This document shows positions 18,601-26,793 of a stretch of 64,000 bases of DNA, piece after piece. Each line of letters begins with the position of its first letter. Position 1 is the stretch's first letter. The notes under the pieces were generated by a model. That model was not told where the DNA came from, searched no databases, and saw only the letters and a list, made by a program, of their open reading frames with translations. The stretch covers positions 16,545 through 80,544 of the forward strand of contig JAZDCZ010000040.1 in the NCBI GenBank assembly GCA_036679605.1. Direction: 5' to 3'. Both the position numbers and the translations under genes were made by a program. This stretch comes from Gemmatimonadota bacterium. Lineage in GTDB: Bacteria > Gemmatimonadota > Gemmatimonadetes > Gemmatimonadales > GWC2-71-9.

Positions 18601-19028
18601 TGTTCGATGCCCAGATTGGCGGAGACGTGTACAACAACACGAGACAGTGGCCTCACCGCGAGTTCAACGCGTTTGAAGTAGATCAGCTCGGAAAGACCGA
18701 CAACCTCAAGAAGCCGCTGGACTACTACGCCACACTGTACAACGTGAATGCTACGAACAGCCGCTTCGTTGAAGATGCTACGTACTTGAAGTTCCGTGAG
18801 CTGTCGTTCCGGTATTCGTTCAACCGCGGCCAGCTCGAGGGCATCGCCAACGGTCTCTTTAATCGGATCTCCTTATCGCTGGTAGGCCGCAACATCAAGA
18901 CCTGGACCGGTTATAAGGGCTACGATCCTGAAGTGGCCGAAGGTGGTGACCAAGGAGTCTTCCGGTTTGACGGATTCGAGTATCCGAATTTCAAAACCTG
19001 GACTGGTTCCGTTGAAATCGAATTCTGA
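15681..19028 (+). CDS. SusC/RagA-family TonB-dependent outer membrane transporter
   Basis: GGAGG RBS; signal peptide; carboxypeptidase-regulatory-like N domain; plug motifs PLYVVDGV and DIETIEVVKGAAAAALYGARAANGVV; NLKPE; GYDPEV; terminal F. Confidence 0.95.
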   Translation: MFRKLLLNRGRVLALTTLALFLSVGSAFAQQGRVEGTVRNAQTRDPVANARVTVVGTSLFATTNENGYYSIETVPVGTYDVRVQVIGFQSVIFTRQRVAVGLPTTVNFQLQPSILRIEGVVVTGVAEATLGIKLPFTVDQIKGEDLPVPQVNAAESIRGKIAGAKVIRGEGTPGSGVQVLLRGATSINTAGRSNQPLYVVDGVILGANMVDVDALDIETIEVVKGAAAAALYGARAANGVVSISTRRGKNIPDGESRISVRSELGSSSIEHFIPEQRSHWFTVDASGNWLGRLSLPASDPRCGGTACTIDSTVSASDRALALRTNPNWTVPDDNQMSITDWDNDGVPDTSFFAVSDKAYGGRTVSQLREFFDPGQFFQNSVAISHRTGSTNFRASAHELNEDGAIQGLDGYVRRGARVNVDHKVGTTFDFSASGYYSQSIADDPQGGENAFFGLNFYPIDVDLTELNPDPRDDNDFLINPDPTIVESNPLYSARNQDETRTRGRILGSFGIRWRPVSDFDIQVAFSFDRSDRNRTEFFFKGFRTTDASSLNFGRLTKSNDISQAINASIAGTYRKAFGDLSTTFKARALFERDKTEFIRARAQNLVVDNTRDLDVGDNALSTITGSSSDNRSFGWFVSEQLDYKDRYIADVLIRRDGSSLFGEDQRWHYYYRVSGAYRISEEDFWPFGVFDEFKLRYSRGTAGGRPRFSAQFETFAINSGAVSKGNLGNKNLKPEKATEDEFGVDFIVGGRVSVEITHARSEVEDQLLLVPLAGFFGFNNQWRNAGTLESRTWEGTIQAAIIQKPDLGWTFNFVIDRTRQTITKFNLPAFRTGPGNSFFVREGEKLGTMYGDKWASKCSDLLTTTGFGSGNSCLAENGGNFDVNDEGFLVAVGTGNQFTDGIGKSFYGSKIDIDGTTFTWGYPIRSNGITVTTLPDGTVFTDTTQFLQIGRSTPDFNFGVGNTVRYKGFSLYTLFDAQIGGDVYNNTRQWPHREFNAFEVDQLGKTDNLKKPLDYYATLYNVNATNSRFVEDATYLKFRELSFRYSFNRGQLEGIANGLFNRISLSLVGRNIKTWTGYKGYDPEVAEGGDQGVFRFDGFEYPNFKTWTGSVEIEF

Positions 19029-19070
19029 TCGCTTGGTAGCGCTCCAAGCGTGGTTTAGGTTCGCCCGACC

Positions 19071-19094
19071 TGCCCCAGCACTTTCGCTGGGGCA
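19071..19094 (+). other. Intergenic stem-loop between susC-like and susD-like genes
   Basis: TGCCCCAGC-ACTTTC-GCTGGGGCA; a second hairpin CGCTTGG...CCAAGCG lies at 19030-19050. Confidence 0.55.
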
Positions 19095-19140
19095 ACGGGG
19101 GATCCACCTGATTCACTACCAAGTGAGGGAGAATTGATCC

Positions 19141-20826
19141 ATGAGACTGTTTAAGCTTGGGTCGGTTTCGTTGCTCATGTTCGCCGTTGCTGCCTGCAAC
19201 AGCTTAGATGACCTAACTGACCTTGAAGTAACAAATCAAAACAACCCGGACCGTGCCCGTGCCTTGGCAGAGGCACAGGATATCGAGGCCCTCATTGGGG
19301 GCGGTTTCCTGGCGTGGCACGATGGAACGCAGAATGACGATCCTACCAGTCCGTTGAGCACTGCCGCTGACGAGGGCACGGCCTCTTGGGGGAACTACGG
19401 AGCCCAGCAGATTTCTTCGGAGCCCCGCGTGGCCTGGCCGAATAGTTCCTCGTGGCGCTATGCTCGGTTTACCGAGAACCCGTGGTTCCGCCTCTACGGC
19501 GGCCTGTCCGCGGTTTTTGATGGCCTTCAGGCCCTCGATGCCGATGATGGGACCATATGTTCCGAGATCGACTGCGATCGGGCCAGGGCGTTCGCCAAGT
19601 TCACTCAGGGCATTACGTTGGGCTTTCTCGCGCTGATGTACGACTCGGCGTTCATTCTCGAAGAATCAGTCGATCTTGCGACTGATGTACTTGATTTACA
19701 GGGCTACCCCGCAGTCATGGCGGCGGCAATCGGTTTGCTGGACCAAGGGATTGCGGCATCGGCAAACGCCGGTTGGAGTACTCCTTCGTCTTGGTATGGC
19801 TTGGTTACGGTGAGCGGACCTGAACTAGCAGAGTTGGGCCACGCGCACCGCGCCCGGCTGTTGAGTTCGGTCGGCAGGACACCTGCCGAGCGGGCCAATG
19901 CACCATGGTTGCAGATCATACAGGATGTCGACCAGGGCGTAACGGAAGACTTTTGGATTCCGGGCGATGGAGAGGTCCTCTGGTATCATTCCGGTGCATG
20001 GCTTGGCGCCCAGCCTGGTACGACCTGGCACAGGGCCGACTACAAGTCGATCGGCTGGACAGATACCGGTACTGATTATGCCAATTGGCTGGCCACACCG
20101 GTGGCACAGCGGAAAGAGTTCGACTTCCAGCCGCTGGACGAGAGGATCGTGCCGCCGGGCGATGTTCAGGGAGTAGGTGTCGACTTCAAGTGGCAAGGTA
20201 ATTCGAGGTTCCGGGCCGATCGTGGAACCTATCATTTCTCTCGCTATAAGGGACAGAGGTATAAAGATTACGCGGAAAGCGACGGCCAGACGCCCGAGCC
20301 GCACATTAACTTCAACGCCCAGCAGGCGCTCAAGGCCGAGGGGCTGTTGCGCACCGGCGATGCTGCTGGGGCAGCCGCGCTAATCAATGTGTCGCGTGCA
20401 AGAGGAAATCTGCCAGCAGCAACGGCTGGCGATGCAGACTTGATGCAGAAGATTTTCTACGAGTACCAGATGGAGAATTACTACACTTGCGGTGGTTGCC
20501 TCTACTTCGCTAGACGAGGTTGGGGTCCGCTGTCGCCGACAGGACCGGCCCACCATTTCGGTCTTGTTGAGGGTACGCCGCTGCACTACGCGGTTCCAGG
20601 TAAGGAACTCGAGATTTTGCAGAAGCTGCAGTATACCTACGGCGGCGTTGGCGAAGAGGGAAGCTCGCTCGCTCCGGCCGCAGTATCGGCTGCTAGCCGC
20701 GTTGACGGTGTGCCTGCACGGCTGGTCTACTCCTTCGATGGCTTGACGACGCTGAAGGAAAAGCTGGCCAAGCTTCGGGAGGGTCAGCGTATTCCGCATC
20801 ATGTGTCCCGGATGGTGAGGCATTAG
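19141..20826 (+). CDS. SusD/RagB-like lipoprotein
   Basis: Lipobox VAAC; directly follows SusC-like gene; LKAEGLLRTG...AAALINVSRARG motif typical of SusD C-terminus. Confidence 0.85.
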   Translation: MRLFKLGSVSLLMFAVAACNSLDDLTDLEVTNQNNPDRARALAEAQDIEALIGGGFLAWHDGTQNDDPTSPLSTAADEGTASWGNYGAQQISSEPRVAWPNSSSWRYARFTENPWFRLYGGLSAVFDGLQALDADDGTICSEIDCDRARAFAKFTQGITLGFLALMYDSAFILEESVDLATDVLDLQGYPAVMAAAIGLLDQGIAASANAGWSTPSSWYGLVTVSGPELAELGHAHRARLLSSVGRTPAERANAPWLQIIQDVDQGVTEDFWIPGDGEVLWYHSGAWLGAQPGTTWHRADYKSIGWTDTGTDYANWLATPVAQRKEFDFQPLDERIVPPGDVQGVGVDFKWQGNSRFRADRGTYHFSRYKGQRYKDYAESDGQTPEPHINFNAQQALKAEGLLRTGDAAGAAALINVSRARGNLPAATAGDADLMQKIFYEYQMENYYTCGGCLYFARRGWGPLSPTGPAHHFGLVEGTPLHYAVPGKELEILQKLQYTYGGVGEEGSSLAPAAVSAASRVDGVPARLVYSFDGLTTLKEKLAKLREGQRIPHHVSRMVRH

Positions 20827-20880
20827 GCCGAGAGGTCATTGCCTTCCTTTCGAAGGGTCCATATGATGGGTAGTAATTGA

Positions 20881-20917
20881 GGGAAGGCCACCATGCTTTT
20901 CGCATGGTGGCCTTCCC
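20881..20917 (+). terminator. Rho-independent terminator of the susCD-like operon
   Basis: GGGAAGGCCACCATGC-TTTTC-GCATGGTGGCCTTCCC, 16-bp perfect stem followed by CGTTTGT. Confidence 0.85.
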
Positions 20918-20951
20918 CGTTTGTCGCCGTTTCGGCAGGGAACTCAAATTG

Positions 20952-21455
20952 ATGCGAAACCTTTTTGCTCGCGCGTTGTTGCCCGCCGCCATCTTGGTGG
21001 CGGTCGCGTGTGCTTCCTCTGGCGCAAGGGAGACCGGGGGCGGGGGCATATCGATCTATCAGAAACAGGTCGGGAAGGCGACCCGCGGAGATCTCGCGAG
21101 GAAGAGTCGCCTCATTTTCGATCGCTACCGTTTCACGATGGCTCGCGAGGATTCGTCTGTCAGTCAGCAGTTCTTGCAGTCCCGGTGGGAAGGCAGATTT
21201 CCGTTGCAGGACGAACTGGATAGCGGTGTGGTCGAAGTGCAGACCAGACTGACCGTCAGGGCGCGCGCGCGAGGTGCAGGAAGCCGGGGTGTCGCCGATA
21301 CAAGAGTAGTCCAACTCACTATCGAAAACATGGTGCGCATGGCGCCCGACGCCACATGGAGAAGGGGATTCATGACACCTATGTTCCTTGCGTATGCCAA
21401 AAGGATCACGGAAGATCTAAGATCGGAGATTCTCCAGGGCGTTCGAGTCTTTTGA
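20952..21455 (+). CDS. Hypothetical lipoprotein
   Basis: Signal peptide with lipobox AVAC; fills the intergenic space. Confidence 0.7.
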   Translation: MRNLFARALLPAAILVAVACASSGARETGGGGISIYQKQVGKATRGDLARKSRLIFDRYRFTMAREDSSVSQQFLQSRWEGRFPLQDELDSGVVEVQTRLTVRARARGAGSRGVADTRVVQLTIENMVRMAPDATWRRGFMTPMFLAYAKRITEDLRSEILQGVRVF

Positions 21456-21574
21456 TGGAGCCGGCGGCACCCAAATTTTTCCTTCCCCACCTGGCTTCGT
21501 AATGTCGTCGTAGAAGCCCTCCACGCCTGGTTGCAGGAACTGCCTATACCTGTGCGGCGTTCTGACTAGGTACT

Positions 21575-22996
21575 ATGGAACAATACGATTTGATAGCAAT
21601 TGGCGGCGGTACGGCCGGACTCGTTACCGCTGCGGGTGGAGCATCCTTGGGACTCAAGGTTGCCCTCGTGGAGCGGGAACAGCTCGGGGGTGACTGCCTG
21701 TGGACCGGCTGTGTCCCGAGTAAAGCTCTGATCGCCTCCGCGAAGCTGGCGCACCAGATGCGTCACGCGGAGCGGCTGGGCCTGGCGGGAGCTTCGCCAC
21801 ACCACGTGTTTGAATCCGTAATGGAGCGAATGCGTGCCGCTCGTGCTACCGTAGCACACCACGACGACTCGGAGCGGTTTCGCAAGCTTGGCATCGATGT
21901 GGTGTTTGGAAACGCGACGGTGAAAACCCCCCGCGATGTGGTGGTCGACGGTCGGACGCTTTCTTCCCCACGGCTGGTGGTCGCGACGGGATCCTCGCCG
22001 GCGGTACCTCCGATTCCCGGTCTTGCCGAAGCGGGATATCTGACCCATCTCGACGCGTTCGACCAGAACACGCTTCCGAGTAGGATCGCGGTTCTTGGAG
22101 CGGGCCCCATCGGGCTCGAGTTTGCCCAGGTCTACGCACGTCTCGGAGCGAAGGTCACGGTCTTCGAAATGTTCCCGAGGGCCTTGCCGCGCGAAGACGC
22201 TGAGGCGAGTCAGGCGATCCTCAAAGCTCTTGTGGCGGAGGGAATCACAATTCACACGGGCACGAAAGTGGAAAGTGTTGGGAGCGGAGCCGGCGCCAAG
22301 TCGGTACAAGGCCGAACGCAAAGTGGAGAGGAAATCTGCGAGGACGTTGACGAAGTATTTGTCGCGACGGGCAGACGTCCCAACGGACTCGGTCTGGGGC
22401 TCGAATCCATTGGAGTGGAGCTGAGTAATGGGGCGGTTAAGGTCGATGCATCCCTCAGGTCCACGGTACCGGGAATCTGGGCCGCCGGCGATGTGGCTGG
22501 TGGTCTTCAATTCACGCACGTGGCGGACTACCAGGCTAAGCTCGTGCTGCGCAACTCTGTATTCCCGTTTTCGTCGAAGGCCAATTACGACGCGGTACCG
22601 TGGGTCACCTACACCGATCCCGAAGTAGCGCGTGTCGGACTGACCGAAGATGAGGCGAGTCAACGAGAGAAAAGCGTAAAGGTGTATCGTTACGATTTCG
22701 CAGACCTGGACAGAGCCATAGTGGACGGTCACGATAACGGGTTTGTAAAGATCGTCACCAGAGCAAACGGCAAGATCCTGGGAGCGAGTATCGTAGCATC
22801 CGGTGCAGGGGAACTGATCATGTCGATAGTCATTGCAATGCAGAATGGAATACCGTTGAAGAAATTGTCGCGGGCGGTCTTTCCGTACCCGACAATGGCT
22901 GAGGGGATAAAGCGGACAGCCGACAGTTACTATCGAGAGAAGTTTGCCGGACGGAGCGGCGATATGTTGCGGCAAGTTGTGCGATGGCTCAAGTAG
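21575..22996 (+). CDS. Pyridine nucleotide-disulfide oxidoreductase (dihydrolipoamide dehydrogenase/mercuric reductase-like)
   Basis: IGGGTAG, GGDCLWTGCVPSK, GAGPIGLE, ATGRRPN, WAAGDV, YTDPEVARVG, YPTMAE. Confidence 0.93.
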   Translation: MEQYDLIAIGGGTAGLVTAAGGASLGLKVALVEREQLGGDCLWTGCVPSKALIASAKLAHQMRHAERLGLAGASPHHVFESVMERMRAARATVAHHDDSERFRKLGIDVVFGNATVKTPRDVVVDGRTLSSPRLVVATGSSPAVPPIPGLAEAGYLTHLDAFDQNTLPSRIAVLGAGPIGLEFAQVYARLGAKVTVFEMFPRALPREDAEASQAILKALVAEGITIHTGTKVESVGSGAGAKSVQGRTQSGEEICEDVDEVFVATGRRPNGLGLGLESIGVELSNGAVKVDASLRSTVPGIWAAGDVAGGLQFTHVADYQAKLVLRNSVFPFSSKANYDAVPWVTYTDPEVARVGLTEDEASQREKSVKVYRYDFADLDRAIVDGHDNGFVKIVTRANGKILGASIVASGAGELIMSIVIAMQNGIPLKKLSRAVFPYPTMAEGIKRTADSYYREKFAGRSGDMLRQVVRWLK

Positions 22997-23682
22997 CACA
23001 CGGGCGAAGGTACATCAAGTTGGCCGCCTTGGTGATGGTCCTTGTTGCAGCCGCAGCGATAGTAAAGTTCACCCCATTCGGGAGCCACTTTACGCGGGAC
23101 GGAGTGATCGCTGCATTGGGCGCAGCGCGTGGATCTCTTTGGGCACCGTTGGTGTTCGTGCTCGCCTACGCTGCGGCAACGGCGTTCGCGCTTCCGGGGT
23201 CGTTGCTGACAATAGCGGGGGGAGCCGTCTTCGGTTTTGGATGGGGAAGCCTACTCAATTCGATCGGCGCCAATATCGGAGCTAGCGCCGCCTTCGGAAT
23301 GTCACGATTCCTGGGCCGTGAGGGTATCGAGGGTTTGGTGGGCGCCAGACTCGATGGTTTGAACAAGGCTACTGCACAGCACGGTTTCATGGGGCTCCTG
23401 ATCCTGCGACTCATTCCGCTCGTCCCGTTCAATGCATTGAACTTTGGTTCTGGCCTTACGGCGATGCGCTGGCGCGATTACATATTGGCCACCGTTGTGG
23501 GTATCCTGCCGGGCACTCTGGTGTATACTTTTTTTGCGGATGCCTTGGTACAGGGCTCGACCGCCGCCAGCGAGACGGCACGCACTAGAATGTGGATCGC
23601 CGCAGGACTTTTCCTTGCGCTCTCGTTGGTGCCATTGATCGCTCGACGACTCGGCTTCGGAGAGCCAAGGAGTTCATCTTGA
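22984..23682 (+). CDS. TVP38/TMEM64 (VTT, DedA-superfamily) membrane protein
   Basis: LPGSLLTIAGGAVFG, LRLIPLVPFNALNFGSGLT, GILPGT. Confidence 0.92.
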   Translation: MAQVAHGRRYIKLAALVMVLVAAAAIVKFTPFGSHFTRDGVIAALGAARGSLWAPLVFVLAYAAATAFALPGSLLTIAGGAVFGFGWGSLLNSIGANIGASAAFGMSRFLGREGIEGLVGARLDGLNKATAQHGFMGLLILRLIPLVPFNALNFGSGLTAMRWRDYILATVVGILPGTLVYTFFADALVQGSTAASETARTRMWIAAGLFLALSLVPLIARRLGFGEPRSSS

Positions 23683-24503
23683 AAGGTTCAGCCATCAAGT
23701 GTTCTTGTGTCTTAACCATGTTGGTGGTTTCGGCTGTTTCGCTGGTCGCGCAGTCGTTACCAGATCACGCGGCATTCGAAAGCGTGTTGCAGCGTCACGT
23801 TCATGGCAAATTATTCGATTATGGCGCTTTGGCTGCGAACCCCGCAGACCTCGATCAATATCTCTCTCAACTTGGCGGCACCGGCGAGACAGCCCTCTCT
23901 GCGTCCGGGCGACATGACCAGCTCGCGTTCTGGATCAACGCATACAATGCCTGCGCGCTCAAGTTGGTGGCAGAACACTATCCGATAAAGAAGGCAGGCC
24001 TGGCCGCTTCGCTGGTCAATTCCCTCAAAGGTGTGCCGGCCAATTCCATTCGTCAGATACCAAGCACCTGGAGCAATAAGTTTTGTGGTGTGGCCGGATC
24101 GGATCGCTCGCTAGACGAGATAGAGCACGAAATCATAAGACCCATGGGCGATCCGCGGATACATTTTGCGGTAAACTGTGCTTCGGTTTCTTGTCCGGTG
24201 CTCTCGTTCCATGCGTATACGGGAGAGGGCTTGGACGACCAGCTTGACGCTGCGGTCGAGCGGTTCGTAACCGACAGCTTGCAATATCGGCTCGACCGGA
24301 GCGAGCCCGTGCTTCGCGTCAACAAGATCTTGGACTGGTACAAGGACGACTTCGGCGGATCCGCGGGCGTCATAGAGTTTCTGATGCGGTACGTCGACGA
24401 TGGTGACGCCGAGTTTCTCCGCATGCACCGAGAAATCGGTGTCGATTACAACAAGTATGATTGGACGCTGAACGACACTGCGGTGTTTGGGTCCGGTGGA
24501 TGA
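23679..24503 (+). CDS. DUF547-domain exported protein
   Basis: LAFWINAYNA, SLDEIEHEIIR, DPRIHFAVNCASVSCP, KILDWYKDDF, YDWTLND; start TTG 23679 or ATG 23718. Confidence 0.9.
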   Translation: MKGSAIKCSCVLTMLVVSAVSLVAQSLPDHAAFESVLQRHVHGKLFDYGALAANPADLDQYLSQLGGTGETALSASGRHDQLAFWINAYNACALKLVAEHYPIKKAGLAASLVNSLKGVPANSIRQIPSTWSNKFCGVAGSDRSLDEIEHEIIRPMGDPRIHFAVNCASVSCPVLSFHAYTGEGLDDQLDAAVERFVTDSLQYRLDRSEPVLRVNKILDWYKDDFGGSAGVIEFLMRYVDDGDAEFLRMHREIGVDYNKYDWTLNDTAVFGSGG

Positions 24504-25191
24504 GTCGAAACTCCTCAGCGTAATCATCCCGGCTCTCAACGAAGCAGAGAATCTTCCGGGCATCCTTCGAGATCTGAGCAAAATAGAGCTTCAATATGAC
24601 GTCGTCGTTGTCGACGGCGGATCCGACGACGCAACACGTGAGACGGCTACGCAAGCGGGTGTGCGGGTGATATCGGCTCCGCGCGGACGCGCTGCGCAAT
24701 TGAATGCGGGGGCGGCGGCAGCCGGCGGAGAGTGGCTCTGCTTTCTCCATGCCGATGTGCGGATGTCGGATTCAGCACGTCTGGCTCTGGAGGAGGTTGT
24801 TTCGGACACTCGAACCGACGCCGCCGTGTGGCGTTTCGCAGTGGACGGATCCGGCTTGTGGTTTCGACTCGTGGAATTCGGGGCACTGCTGCGTGACCGC
24901 CTAGCGGGACTCTCCTATGGCGATCAAGGATTATTGGTGCGGCGCGATCTCTTCTTTGCGGTGGGCGGTTTTCCCCAGATTCCCGTTATGGAAGATGTGG
25001 CGATCGTGCGCGCGCTGAGGAGTCGAGTACGGATCAAGCGTCTTAGCGCTCCGCTCCTGGTGTCGGCGCGGCGCTGGCATCGAGAGGGACCCGTTCGCAC
25101 CTGGCTTCGGAATGTTGCCTTGGTCATGGCCTATCTGGTCGGCGTTTCCCCCGAGCGCCTGGCCCACTGGTATCGACCGGAATCCGGGTGA
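24496..25191 (+). CDS. GT2 glycosyltransferase, TIGR04283-like (arsenosugar/rSAM-selenodomain-associated)
   Basis: SVIIPALNE, VVDGGSDD, GRAAQLNAGA, FLHAD, YGDQGL, GGFP.IPVMED, SARRW. Confidence 0.9.
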   Translation: MDESKLLSVIIPALNEAENLPGILRDLSKIELQYDVVVVDGGSDDATRETATQAGVRVISAPRGRAAQLNAGAAAAGGEWLCFLHADVRMSDSARLALEEVVSDTRTDAAVWRFAVDGSGLWFRLVEFGALLRDRLAGLSYGDQGLLVRRDLFFAVGGFPQIPVMEDVAIVRALRSRVRIKRLSAPLLVSARRWHREGPVRTWLRNVALVMAYLVGVSPERLAHWYRPESG

Positions 25192-25772
25192 CCAAGGTCT
25201 TGCTGTTCGCAAAGGCTCCCCGTGCGGGCTTCGTGAAAACGAGGCTGGCGAGGGATGTCGGAGAGCGCCGAGCCGTCCAGCTATATCGGTTGGTGGGAGA
25301 GAAAGTCGCCTCGAGCGTGGCCCGCCGATATCCCATGGAAATTTGGTACGACCCGCCGGATGCGCTGGAAGAGATGAGATCCTGGTTGGGCGATCACAAC
25401 TTCCAGCCGCAGGCAAGCGGTGATCTAGGCGCCCGGTTGAGGCACGCCTTCGAGGTCCACTTCGCCGATTCGAGCCTCCCGGCCGTGGCGATCGGAGCCG
25501 ACGCCCCCGATCTAGGGGCGTCTACCATAGACTCCGCGGCCAGGGCGTTACAGGATGTCCCGGTTGTGCTTGGTCCAGCCGTTGACGGTGGCTACTACCT
25601 CCTGGGTCTGACGTGCCCGCAGCCGGAACTTTTCGAGAACATTCCATGGAGTACCCCTAATGTGTGCCAGATCACTTTAGATATCTGCAAACGGTTGCAT
25701 CTTGAGGTTGTGAAGCTCGGAACTCTCCGGGATCTGGACACGGCCGACGATTTGGAGTTTTTCGGTCTTTGA
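25188..25772 (+). CDS. TIGR04282/DUF2064-like transferase
   Basis: FAKAP..G.VKTRLA, Q..GDLGARL, IGADAPDL, LGPAVDGGYYLLG, IPWST, DLDTADDL. Confidence 0.92.
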   Translation: MTKVLLFAKAPRAGFVKTRLARDVGERRAVQLYRLVGEKVASSVARRYPMEIWYDPPDALEEMRSWLGDHNFQPQASGDLGARLRHAFEVHFADSSLPAVAIGADAPDLGASTIDSAARALQDVPVVLGPAVDGGYYLLGLTCPQPELFENIPWSTPNVCQITLDICKRLHLEVVKLGTLRDLDTADDLEFFGL

Positions 25773-25847
25773 CTACTTGACCGACTCGCTGAGGGGGGCC
25801 CATATTCAATTCCCCCCGTACGTTCAGACAGCAGAGGAATCGAGCCT

Positions 25848-26087
25848 ATGGCGTGGAGAGTGATCGACACGGATGGTGAGCTTTGGCATGTCCAGGCGGC
25901 AGCGGAGCGCCGAGCCGATGCCAATATCTGGCAGCTCGCGCTTTCCTTTCGCGCCCCGGGCTCGGAAAAGAGCGCGATTTGGGCGCAATTCCCACTGGAG
26001 GCGGTTTCGAAATCGTCTCTGTACCGGGCGGCCGAAAGTATCTCGGACGACGCGCTCAAAGAACTCCTGGCTCAGCACATTAGCTGA
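25848..26087 (+). CDS. Hypothetical protein
   Basis: GAGGA RBS-like site; protein-like composition; first gene of a co-oriented run. Confidence 0.65.
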   Translation: MAWRVIDTDGELWHVQAAAERRADANIWQLALSFRAPGSEKSAIWAQFPLEAVSKSSLYRAAESISDDALKELLAQHIS

Positions 26088-26107
26088 GCCTGTCCCGACA
26101 ATCCATT

Positions 26108-26365
26108 GTGTCAATTGCCCCCGTCCAGGATCTTCGCCGAATAGCCGAAGCAGTAGGCCAGCTCAGCGGATGTACCGTAGATGGAGTCGAGATCAGGTCC
26201 GATTGTCGTCTTCTGCGGATCAGTCTGGAGGAGGGTCGAATTCTTCTTGTCTCGGTCTTGTTGGATGAAATGGGCAAGCCTCGTCTAGACGTGGACTTTC
26301 TGATAGCGCCCGAGGAGGTTTCGCATCGCCAGCTCGAGGTACCGTTCGAGGTCGAAGAAGAGTGA
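26108..26365 (+). CDS. Hypothetical protein
   Basis: Co-oriented ORF whose stop overlaps the next start. Confidence 0.6.
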   Translation: MSIAPVQDLRRIAEAVGQLSGCTVDGVEIRSDCRLLRISLEEGRILLVSVLLDEMGKPRLDVDFLIAPEEVSHRQLEVPFEVEEE

Positions 26366-26793
26366 TGAAAGAAAACGTGAGCGAACCATCGACGCGTGAG
26401 CGTCTCAGATTTGTCGAGTTTGACTTCGACTCTTTGCCCAACGGGCGGTGTACTTGCCGTGTCGTGTTGCAGTGGGACCCAGCGTCGCCGTTTGAAGGCA
26501 CAGCCGATGGACTCAGTTCACCGACGGGCCAGCTGAGATGCGCCGCGGAAGCGGCGGTTGCAGCTCTCCAACAGGCGGTCGAGGGGAAGGTCGATTTGGA
26601 ATTGTTGGGGGTGAAGGCGGTGCGGGCGTTCGACTCGGTGGTCGTGATCGTATCGCTGACATGTCACAACGGGGCACCGGCACAGAGGGTCGTGGGATCC
26701 TTTCTGGCTACAGAGGAGTTGCCGCGTGGTGCGGCTTTGGCGGTGCTGAACGCCACGAATCGCATGCTGGGGAATATCGTTTTTTCCAGATGA
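26362..26793 (+). CDS. Hypothetical protein
   Basis: Overlaps both neighbours (GTGA/ATGA coupling); C-terminal AALAVLNATNR. Confidence 0.7.
   Translation: MMKENVSEPSTRERLRFVEFDFDSLPNGRCTCRVVLQWDPASPFEGTADGLSSPTGQLRCAAEAAVAALQQAVEGKVDLELLGVKAVRAFDSVVVIVSLTCHNGAPAQRVVGSFLATEELPRGAALAVLNATNRMLGNIVFSR

Noticed and set aside
21575..22996. Calling the oxidoreductase merA or lpdA
   Set aside because: No N-terminal metal-binding domain or C-terminal Cys-Cys of MerA, and YPTMAE replaces the HPTxxE of lipoamide dehydrogenase.
21566..22999. 477-aa minus-strand ORF exactly opposite the oxidoreductase
   Set aside because: Antisense shadow of a well-supported gene in GC-rich DNA; no motifs of its own.
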